Assembly: GCA_951406725.2 (NCBI GenBank)
Contig: OX597829.1
Location: forward strand, 54,932,001-54,996,000
Direction of reading: 5' to 3'
DNA: 64,000 nt
DNA from: Octopus vulgaris
Taxonomy: Eukaryota
This document shows positions 13,701-25,700 of the stretch, piece after piece. The translations under genes and the position numbers were made by a program. How positions within the stretch are numbered: the first letter of the stretch is position 1; each line of letters begins with the position of its first letter. The notes under the pieces were generated by a model. That model worked only from the letters and a program-made list of their open reading frames with translations. It made no database searches and was not told where the DNA came from.

Positions 13701-16700
13701 AATAACAACTAGAAAACACTTTGTTGCTTACCAGACTTATGCACCGGTCTTATCTGTTCATCTGTTTTCCGTTTCTTTTTTGGTGGTGGTGGGTCAGGGA
13801 TGTCTGTGTGTGGATGATCCACCCAAAATATATCATTCAACCAATCGAACATTGGATCTTCCGACTGCAATAAAGTATCGTATGTTCGTCGGAGAAAGCT
13901 TATGTCTTCTAAGTCAATTCCTTTATTATATATGTCAAAGAAAATTTGTTTTTCTTCCTCATAGGTCCGAGGCTGGAATTGAACTTTTGGTTTAACTACT
14001 GTGTCCATAATATCACCTTCTCTTTCGTTTACCGATTTATTTGTGATATCACTCAACATTGAATCCTTGGTACGTTTCTTTTTCTTTTTGGGTTTTAATC
14101 TATCATCATCTAATGCCATCTGACCTTTTGGCATGGCGACGCCAACTGCTGATGCAGCAGCAAAATGGTCACCAACTGCCCACGATGGTCGCATTTGTAC
14201 TTCTGATGTAGACTCATCCGTTAATTTATAGTCTTTAAAAGCAGCCTCAGATAAAGCTGAGCTGCCTGTTTCCAACGATTTACTCTCATCGTGAATACTT
14301 CCAATTGCATGAGGTAAGCAGTAATTGTGATCAATAAATATCTCCACTGGTGGATTATCCTCATCACATGATTCAGTACGGTCTGAATCATCTGAATCAT
14401 CAACACTATGACTGGTATCTTCATCTAATTTCAAGTTCAATGATGGTGAAACTCCTTGTGGCCCAGCAGCAACATAATCGTGTTCAGCAATTGCAGGAAC
14501 AACGTATGCTTTTGACCGATCTGCTTTACAGACATCTTCATCGACTGTAGTAGTCATTTCTGATGAAATATCAGCAACTGGTACATCCTGTTCATTCGTC
14601 ACAGTGGAATTTCTATCTTCATCTGTTTCATCCCAAACTTTACACGGTTTCTTTGCAAAAGTATTTAAATTCACACCATCTATTTTGTCTGACGTAACAT
14701 CAGCTAATTCTGCACCACTAGCCAACACTTTTGGTGTTATCACACAATGCTCTGAATCTACTAATGAAATCTGTTCATCCACTTTGTTTTCATTATCAAT
14801 ACAAATTTCAGATTTTTCAATATTTTTTGTTTCTATCTGGTCCTTTACCAAGTCATTTGTAATAACGTTTTGACATTCATTCATTTCTAATTCATTAACA
14901 AGTATATTTTGTTTTGTTTCTTCTTTGACTGGAGATGATGGAAGTTTAAGACACACAGATAATTCTGGTTTTGAATTATTTGACACTTTGGTTTCAGTTT
15001 CCCTGCAATAATATCAAAAACAATGTATGAATTTTAAAACATAAAGCAAAGTAAAGAAATAGAAATAATAATGCAACACAAAAGTGGTGTCTGTTGCACA
15101 CCCAAGAATATGAATGCAGACATACACAAATATAAAGATAATAGAAATATTTGTCCAGACAAATCACAAGAATATCTGTAAACAAGCCATCACAGAAGCA
15201 GTTAAAAAAAAAAAACAGAAGTGCAACAATTCCAAAGCTTCACCAAATAGCAGTCAAATATAAAATTTATAGAGTTCAACTTTGCTCTGTAGTTATCTCA
15301 GCTTTGCTTTCTAGACTGGATACATTACCTTAAATCAAAGATATTCAGCTGAAATACGGTAAAAAAAAAAAATCAAGATCCCTAGTACATTATTTACATT
15401 TGACGAATATTTATCCTCATCTTCTTTGTTGTTAACACAACGTTTCGGCTGATATACCCTCCAGCCTTGATCAGGTGTCTTGGGGAAATTTCCAACCTGG
15501 GTTCTTATTCCTAAGGTATTTTTCGATGTTGTTATTATTCAGGTCACTTCCCGGCATTGAACTCAGAATCTTGGGGTTAGTAGCCAGCGATCTTAACCAC
15601 TATGCCATATGCCCGTTGAAAAATACCTTAGGAACGAGACCCCAAGTTTGAAATTTCCCCAAGACACCTGATGAAGTTTCACTTTTTCCAGTACCTTTCT
15701 CACATTCCACCTTAGTTCATCTCCCTAAGCTTTTGGTATCATTACAGCTATCTGTCCAATAGGGGCTATTATGTCCAAGTATAGAATGTGCTTGATGCTT
15801 GTCACAAAGTTGAGACCATTGTTTTGTACTGCTTCTTCAGAGCTTTCCAGATGGGTGATGGACTTCAGTCTTCAATCCTCTGAACTTTGAGTTTCAGAAA
15901 CTTCCTAACCTGGCGTGTTTTCACTATTTCAAATTCTTTCGTGTATGACTTTTCTAGATCTTGTTCATCTCTGGTTATTTTCCTAAGCAATGAAGATAAC
16001 CTCTCTCTGATTTTGTTATTTAGCTGATGTTTTTTTCAAAGGTTCTAATGGATCCTCTCATGGACAAGGGCATATCCTGCCCTTTCTGCTACTCTTCTAC
16101 CTTTATATGAATCCACTGGTGTCATTATATTCAGGCCAGGCGGTATTAGCTTTGAGTCCCTACATCTTCACAGGAAAGTTAGACGGTTTGAAAGATGAGC
16201 TAGTTTTTGATGGAGTTTCTCTATATGTCTCCATTGAAGTCTAATGTCAGCTCCATACTGATTACATAATACAGTACTGTATTTAAAAGAAGAGGAATTA
16301 TGTACCTTATTTACATTTGATGGATATTTGTCCTCACTATACCCTCCAGCATTCATCCGGTGTATTGGGGAAATTTCGAACCTGGGTTCTCATTCCTAAA
16401 GTATTTTTCAATGTTATTATTATTATTGTTAAGGTCATTGCCTGGAATTGAACTTGGAATCTTGGGGTTAGTAGCCTGCGCTCTGAACCATGACACCATA
16501 TTATGGAGTGAATTTTTAGGGCTTATGAATCTAATATTTTCCTATCCTTCCTTAATACCGGTTCCCATTTGCTGCTCATATCTGCATCTCAGTCTGCTTA
16601 GGAGATTGTTGTGTCCTAGAGTATCCGCTGCTTCTTTTAGTTTTCGTATTTTCCAGTGGTGTTCTCTGTCTATTATTTTAACTTCATCCCACAGGGGGAG

Positions 16701-19700
16701 GTGGTCTCCATTTTTCCATACATGATCAGCTATGCCCGATTTATCAATATCTCCTCGTGTCACAGCTTTGCAATGTTCGTCTACCCTTATTTTGAGGGGG
16801 CGACATGTTTCGCCTTTGTATAACCTACCACAGCTGCATGGGATGAAGGACATGCAGTCTTTGGTCATATTCTCTTCTATTGGATATATTTGCAAAGTGT
16901 TGTATTACTCTCGAATACTGTCCTGGTGTCATATGGGCCGCACATCTTTTATATCTTTCTGCAGAGCCTTTTCACATAGGGTAGACAGACTGTAGGCAGT
17001 TTATTGGTTTCATCCTCTCTTTCCTTCATAATTGGAGTGGATGGTATGTTTTTGGGGTAGTTGCTGCTTAACAGATTGTTACTGAGCTTGATCATTTCTT
17101 CGTGGTGGGTATCATGATCGCTACTTATATTCTTTGCACAATGTTTTAGGCACTGAAGCAATCCCTCTCAGTGCAACCGGCCGTTGCCAGCGCCGCCTCG
17201 GCTGGCTTCTGTGCCGGTGGCACATAAAAAGCACCATCCAAACGTGGCTGATGCCAGCGCCGCCTTGGCTGGCTTCCGTGCCGGTGGCACGTTAAAAGCA
17301 ACCAACCAATCGTGGCCGATGCCGTCTGGCACCTGTGCAAGTGGCGCGTAAAAAGCACCCACTACACTCACGGAGTGGTTGGCGTTAGGAAGGGCATCCA
17401 GCTGTAGAAACACTGCCAGATCAGACTGGGCCTGATGCAGCCTTCTGGCTTCACAGACCCCAGTTGAACCGTCCAACCCATGCTAGCATGGAAAGCGGAC
17501 GCTAAATGATGATGATGATGATGATGATGATGATATTGGTTATTATCGGTGATAATAGCGAACCCATAGCTCAACCCTCCTCTTGTCGATATATATCAGT
17601 ATCCATACTGAAATAGGTAGTTTCTACACAGAAGGTCAACATTTCCATCAAGTTTCTTATTGTAGTTTGTGGCAATAAAGTAATTTACAAACGATATTCT
17701 GCCAACTATGAACACCAAGATTTACTATGTTCTCTATAGTTTTCCCTCCAGACTTTAAGGATATACTTGCAATAACTTCTAACCTCATACCCCTTTGTGG
17801 TCGATGCAAAAATTATTATTCTTGCCTCAGGAAAAAAACCACAACTAGTCTTTATTTACTAAAACTTTGCTTCCAACTCAGCAACACTTCAAATTCCACA
17901 ACATGTGCTAATCATCAGAGAAAATGGTCTAAAAAACAAACTAAAAAACATAATTATGTAATTCATATTAAAAAAAAGTCTTACTGTAAGTTTATTATTA
18001 ATCACCCATGCTAGCATGGAAAACGGACGCTAAACGATGATGATGATGATGATGATGATGATGAATTGGACATTTTGAAGAGTTTTTATCTTGTATTTTA
18101 ACATGATTTAACCCCTTAGCGTTTAAGCTAGTCATATCCAGCCAAAACATTCTGTTTTAATGTTCAAACTGGCCAGATCTGGCTTCTCGTTATCTATGCT
18201 ACAATGCCTTTCTAAAAATAAGTATCATTGAAACCTCAAAGCTATGAGATAAACAAAGTGAATAAATAAGCCATACATTTGACAGAATAATCTGAAATCT
18301 AAAGGATTAAACATCAATTCAGTTCCTATGGATAATAAGGTGGATTACTAATTTGGATTACTAAAACACTGGTTTCATGCTTGGGTGAATATCAACTTAC
18401 CAGAATCCTTCTTTTAAAGATTCCTTTGAGACGTTTCCGTCTGAATATTGTTCCACAACAGCTGTATTTCTCAGCATGTCATCTTGGTCATTAGAAGGTA
18501 ATGGTGGGAAATCAGGTGCTGCTCCACATAAGACTTGACTAAAATGTGAACAAATAATTAGGTCTAGTTGAAATTTGATAAACATGTGGGAATCACCTTA
18601 CTCCTCTCCATACTGGTACTTCCCTTCAACTGCACTTCCATCCATGTTCATCACTCACTATATTCACCTCTACCTCTGATCTTTAACCATCCGTTATTCC
18701 TCCTCACCTTTTTTATGAGAATATCCACTTCCCATGACCCACTGTCAGTATCCTTTCTTATGCCCATCCATGACAGTTTTCTCCAGCACCCCAATACTTC
18801 CTTCCTTTTATATCCTTCAGCCACATATCTCCTCTATAGCAAGACATCTGTGCTTGTCCCTCTATCTTAAGATCACCTTCTTGTACCTCGATGCTTCATC
18901 ACTACCTATCTTTTACCCCCTTCAGCCATGTATCTCTTCTATCTTGCTTTAGCCTTTCAACACTTGGTATAAAACTACCTTTTCTCCTCTCAAATATTTC
19001 CCACTAAAGTAATGAAAGCTTTTGCCCTTTTCCATTTTCTTGTTCTTTTTCTGTCTTGCGAGTTATGTGGCGACCTCACTAGATCCAATTTTCATTATGA
19101 ATTAAGGAACCCAGTACATACTGTAAAGTATGGGCATCCAGCCATAGAAACCACTGGAGCCTGACAATGACTTGCTGGATTCTGTCAAACCATCCAACCC
19201 ATGCCAGCATGGAAAGCTGACATATGATAACGATGATGATGATGATGATGAATACTTGAGCATGAAAAATGTACCCATAGAGATCTTTTATTGCTGTAAA
19301 TTATTTAAAGAATTGGAACTTTATTAATAACATATAACCAAATATTTTGTCAAAAATGTTGAAAGTAAACCATGTTGAGCATGAGAAATTACACCAGTAT
19401 ATGAAGTTTCAAACTGTTTAGTTAAAAAAAAATAATTAAAAAAATCTGAGTGAAACTTTATACTTCTAAAATACACAAAATATTAAAATTTTCTTTTAAT
19501 AAAATTCCTAACAATATTTAATTATAAAAGCATAATATGATTTTTCAAATACTGAATGGCTATGGGGGGGGGGGGGGATCCATCTATGTAAAATAGGAAC
19601 CAAAGGGGTTTTATAAGTCAAAAATGGTTGAGAAGCACTGATTAAATGGATTTGCAGATAACACGTACCATAGTTCAATTCATTCAGGAATTAAGCAAGA

Positions 19701-22700
19701 ACAACAGTTACTTCAATGAAAATAAATCTTTAAAATCTCTTCTATCAGGGATGCACCCCCCCCCCCAAAAAAAAACTTGCACAAGAGCACTAAAATGAAA
19801 AGATATCTCAAAGAAACAAATCCACAAAAGTTTATTCCTTATTCTTTTGCTGGTTTTAGTGACTGGACTGGGTTATGCTGGAGCACTACTGTCCAAGGCA
19901 TTTTTAAAAGTCTTCCGCACAGCTCATTTGTGTTGTGCCATAATTCACAAAAGTGAGATACGATAATTTAGTTGGGTGCAAAATATCTTGTTTTCTCAAG
20001 ACAGCTACATCCACATCAATGTAAGAAATATAAAGTCTATTATATTCTTGCTTCAAAAGTTTTGGTGACCATATAACCAAACATTTTTGCATTTCAATGA
20101 GAATTTTAAACCTTAAAAACAAAATGTTTAGAACAATACCTCTCTGCTTTTCTGATCTTCTCCTCCTCCTCATCCTCCTCCTCTTCATCCTCTTCTTCAC
20201 TTCCTTCTTCAGATGATTCGGAAGACTCCTCTGATACATCATCAGTGTCTTCTTCAGTGCTCTCTTCACTACCATCATCATCATCATCGTCATCATCTTC
20301 ATCATCATCGTCGTCGTCATCATCATCTGAAGCTACAAATTTTGATAGAATATAGTAGAATACCATCAACAACTGTACTGTAAACCATAACAAAAATATA
20401 AACTGCAATATTTTATCAAACTTTCAAACCTAAAAATCAGGCACCACATCATACTCAGAAACAAAGTTATTTTCCTCATTTCCTAATGCATGGTCATCCA
20501 TGTAAAGCGAAAGTAAGTTATAATTTTGTTCAAGCTGTTAAATTACAAAGAGTTTAAAATCACTATCATAATCACTATAATAATAATAATAATAGAAATA
20601 TTAAAATTACTAAGTCTCTCTAAAGGAGATTACGGCAGCGTTACTGGATATTAATAGTTATCGCCATACTAATATGGCAATCTTATAAATATAAGACTAA
20701 AGCTGTCGTTGATTAGCTCTAAGAGGCCATCGCCTCTAGCTAGCTATTTGACACACGAACCTGCGTCCATTACAATAATAATAATAATAGTTACCTTTTC
20801 TTAAGATTGTGATAATACAATGTAAGAAACCACATCAGTCACTTAGTACTATAGGTCTATACAAGATACATTCTTGAGACGAATACCATAGTTGTGCAGC
20901 TTTCTACAGTATATCCATGTCAAGTATGATGTACAGAATGCTATTCTGAACCAATACTTCTTTCGCCATCAATGACAAATTTTTGCCCAGCCCACCAGCT
21001 ATTTGCAGTACCAGTGATTTGTTAATCATTGTTTTTCTATATCAATAGAAACTAAATTTGTCTAAACAGGTGGTTGCTCATGGATGCTTGCTACTGATGA
21101 TATGCAAGTACACAGAAATCCAGATTTAGCAATCCCACTGCATAATTTCCATCTACTACTGATATGTTATTTTGCTGTGTAGCACTTTACATCTATATGA
21201 GGTGTTTCCTCAAGAAGAATACTGCAGCTGTGTGGTTTTCTACCAGATATCCATGTTAAGATAGATAGAATGCTATTTTGAAATAACATTTTTTTTCCAT
21301 CACTAATAACAAAACATCAAAAAGATGCAGAAGCAAAATGTAAAACTGATATGAAAACAATGAAAGGCTGGCATGTATGGAAAAAGTTATGAAAGTAACA
21401 GAAAACGGTTTCAGCAGACTTGATTTAAGAAGAGAATTCACTTCGCTGAGGTTCTTATCGCAGGGTTTGTAGAAAAATTCCACATGTAGAAACAAAACTT
21501 AGAATTAAAAGATCTCAAGGTAAACTTATCATAAAATAAGGTTTTAGTAAGAAGACAGTCAGGGAAATTGTTGTGCTCAATCTGCAGAAAAAGAGTAGAA
21601 AAAAAGTATGCCCTACATGATCTATAGATGCACAGAGCTATAGGGAAATCAAAGGCAGGGTGACAGTGGATAAAGACTTTGCCCGTGGTTGATATACAGA
21701 AGTGAGGCCTCAGAGAAGCAGTAAAGTGAATTCTTTGCAAGGCTTAGAGAGCTTCTATAGTGGTGAGAAGGTGTACGGAAAGCAGAGCTACAAGAATAAG
21801 AGATAATACCTTTGAACAAAAGATAGATTGTAAGATGAAGTGTAATGTTGCTTAGTAGTGAGATATGGGAGTGAATGCTGATGCCCGGAACTTAGAAAGG
21901 AACGAGGCAGACATCATTCACTAAACATGTAATGTTGCTGTGCATCAACACCAAGGAATAAATGAAATGATGTGACAACTTCACTGGTATGGACATGTAA
22001 TGTGTACGGATGGTGAGAGGTGGGTGCAAAAGTGCAACGAGATTCATGTGGAAGGACCCCGTAGAAGAGGAAAACCAATGAAGACATAAACAGAAGTGGT
22101 GAGTGCAGATCCCAGAAAGCTGAACCTCACAAAAGGATGTGTTGGGATAGAGTGATGGAGAGGACTAGCTCGACTAATAAAAACATTGAAAAAAGGAAAA
22201 TTATAATCTTCCTCTTTATCCTCAGGGAGGAGGAGGAGCTGCCATTGATGATCCTTTCAAACAAATTATAGAATATTTATAGAATATCCTTACCATCGGA
22301 TTTCTCATCTTCACTTGCAGATTCTTCACCACTGCCAAAATGCTTCTTTTTCAATAGAGATTGACAAACAACATTATTATCCTCATCTGAAAGAAAAGAT
22401 GCAAACATTTTTTGCAATTGTAGATTTACAATTAAATATCTTTTATGCTAAAAATACAGCAATTGTATCTTCCAGCTTAGAAAAGAACAATATTAAATCC
22501 TAAATGTCCCACATAGTAGTTTCCCTATTTGGTTTACTATTAATGCTTGTACCACTTTTTATATTTGCCTCTTTGTTGATTCAACTAAAAGCAGGCTCAC
22601 ACCATTACATTTGGCTTTCAAAAACTCCCCTCAGTTATGCTACACCTCCTTCCTTTTTGTTGTTAGTCAGAACAAGTACAGGATGTCTTTTGACAAAATA

Positions 22701-25700
22701 AAGTCTCAATTCATCATGGTTTCTATTCTGAATTATTTAATGGGTCTTATTCTTACAACAATAAAAATTAAAATCCTCTAGGCTCTGTGTATTTTCAAGG
22801 TAAGTAAAACATAACATTTACTTTTATCTTGGTACAACTCTTCTCCATATTTTTTTTCCTCTTCTTCCATGGACAGCCAGATATCTCCTATAATTTGAAC
22901 TGCTTCCCTATTCCATATGTGGCTTTGTTCATAGAATTTCTAAGAAGTTTCCAAACACCTTCAGTTTAAGAAGGCAACCTCTATGGCTATTTTGAAGTTG
23001 ACTTTTACTAAATCATTTTCCAATTTTTCCTTTTGCTAGTTCTTGAAACCTGGGTTCTAACTTTAATTCATTAGTAAATGAACTAAGCTAGAATCCAGGT
23101 AAGATTTTATTTCCTTGTTTATCTTATAACAAAGGACGAACACTACAAATAATGAATTTGAATTCTTTAGATTCTCTAGTAGTAGTTGTAGATTCAAAGT
23201 GTTGGCAGTCTTCCATTTGTATCTTCTTGAACTCATAGCAATATGTAATCAATAGCAACCTCGTCAATGATGTTTCAAAATGGTGAGGTCAATGGCACAT
23301 CATTTTCTATTCAAAATGACTAAAAAACACCATTTTTGTGAAATTAAAAGAATTTACTAAATCTCTTGTTAAACCAAAGGATGTTCCTAACGTCATTCAA
23401 CACATTTGTTCACATTCAAGAGTTTTTCCTTTGACAGGAGTGCCAAACAGCTGAAATTCATAGATTATATGCACAGGTGTAGCTGTGAGGTAATAGGTTT
23501 GCTTTCCAACCACATGGTTCGAGGTTCAGTCCCACTGCATGGCAACTTGGTCAAGTGTCTTCTACAATAGCACCAGGTCAACCAAAGCCTTGTGAGTAGA
23601 TTTGGTTTACAAAAACTGAAAGAAGCCTGTCATGTGTCTGTCTCTCTGTCTGTCTCCCACCATTACCCCCCCCCCCAAGGAAGGGGGGAACTTTTTGTTG
23701 CAAATAGACTCATGTAGAAAAGCAATTAATACCAACCAGTGCGAAACTCTACTAGTCCTTAAGTACAAACTTCCTATTTTAAAGTGATCCAAATTTTAAA
23801 ACAAAAAACATCCACTAAAATTTCATATTAGTTTATATTTCAAACACCAGCTTAATTATTTTTACAAAATTGATTATTTTCAAAATTAATTGAAATCTCA
23901 GGGCAGTGTTAGTTTATCTGAAATACGGTAAGAAAATGGGCAAAATATTTAAAGATTGAATGGTTTTACCAGAATCATCTTCAGCATTCGATGCAAATGA
24001 TTCAGCTGCTTTACTGTCTTCATCATCAGGAGGTGGTGGAGATGGTGGGCGGAACACTTTTTTCTGTTGGAAGCAGAAACAGGACATCAAATTGCATCAT
24101 TAATAAAAAGAAAACTACAAAGAAAGAATCTGTCAAGACATGCAAGGTTTCATCAGAGGAGAGTATGAAGAATGCCAGGGCATCCTACACAATTGCAGTG
24201 TTTGACAATTTTTCCATGAAAGAAAATACTTGATAACCCTGGGCCTCATGGAGGGAATGACAAAGGACTAGAATCATTGGAAATTAGATATCTTCGAATA
24301 CTGCTCTCCTTTTGTTACCACTTAATGTTTTCTTGCTTATCCATTAATATTGTCCTCTCTGCCCACATGTTACGCTGATCATGCCTCTTCTTTATGAACA
24401 AACAAATTATCTCCCCTCATGCACAATGTCTGCCTCTCCTCCCACTACTCATCCAGCCACCCGTCATCTCTCTCCTCTCTCTTGTATTCTCCCTGTCAAC
24501 TGTATCGACTTAACTATCCTGCTGCTCTCACCCCCACTTCTCTTCTGCATCCCTCTACCTCCTCTAACTCATCATTCATTATCCATCACCCCTTATCTAC
24601 CCACCTTACATCCACACATCAACAACCTATCCTATACTCCCTTCACCCATTTCCCCTATTTCTTGCACCTCCCAGACCCACACCTACTTCCACTGTTCCC
24701 CCCACCGCTCACTTCTCATCTCATACCTCCAAGGGACACCTCACCACCACTATTTATTTTTTTGCAGCCCTCTCTCTCTCTCTCTCTTCTGAGTGTGAGT
24801 AGCTAAGTACCTCGTCTCCAACAAGAACCTCCTGGTCTGCTCCCACTCCATACTTTTCTAACTCTTCATCTCCTAGCATAAAGCTGATACCCACCTTCTC
24901 GGAATTTCAAGTTTTGCATGTTATTTGGCAACCTCACTAGTGTTGGTGCCATAATAAAAAAGCACCCAGCACATGCTGTAAAGTGAATAACAGTAGAAAG
25001 ATCATCCAACTACAGAAATAATGCCAAAGCAGATTCTGGAGCATGATGCATTCCTTGGGGCCACCCTATGCTGTGAGACCATCCAAACCATGCCAACATG
25101 AAACATGGATGTTAAATGATATCAATAATATAATGACGATCCGATAATTTAGATTTCTCAAAAAATGCTCTATTTTCAAATTGACCTCAATTTTGATTAT
25201 TTTGAAAAAAATAACTTGTAATTTTAATTTACCTGTAAGGTGACAAATTCTGCTAATGTATAGTGATTCTTTTCATCTCTATGGCACATATTCTTCATTT
25301 AGTAGTTTTCTTCAAACATTTTAACAAATTCCAGTATTTTATACTATTTTACTATTATGTGTACTTGTCTATATGTATTCAAAATTAGTTAGAAATTCAA
25401 TATGTACAATTTTCCTTTGATGTTCTATACTACAATTATGTTTCTTTTCTTATTTGTTTTGAATACCAGGCTAGTAACTCATTTTACATAATGATACCTA
25501 AATGAAACTAAAATAATATTACATTTCACTAAGTTCGCAATTGTAATAAAAGTAACCTTGAAATAATTTCTTCATAGATTTATATAAAAACTCTTAAATG
25601 AATTCCAAATATTAATAAATGTAAGAAGTTTTAGTTGTTATACAGAACAAGTTTGGATTCACAATTATTTTCAAATTTAACTGAACAGAAATATAGCAAG

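Noticed and set aside
19904-20326. Met/Arg-rich 140-aa ORF; also antisense ORFs over 13681-14873 and 31511-33736
   Set aside because: Alternate-frame or antisense shadows of SETD1 exons
20620-20650. Twister-like TAACGCTGCC on the minus strand
   Set aside because: The partner GGUC..AAGCC and GAGGG elements are absent
22500-23240. Possible decayed PLE reverse transcriptase on the minus strand
   Set aside because: Only faint motif hints; cannot be supported without a search
24381-24806. Pro/Leu/Ser-rich ORFs in CT-rich tracts (also 6574-6935, 18568-18952, 60862-61221)
   Set aside because: Low-complexity composition depletes stop codons; no domain signal
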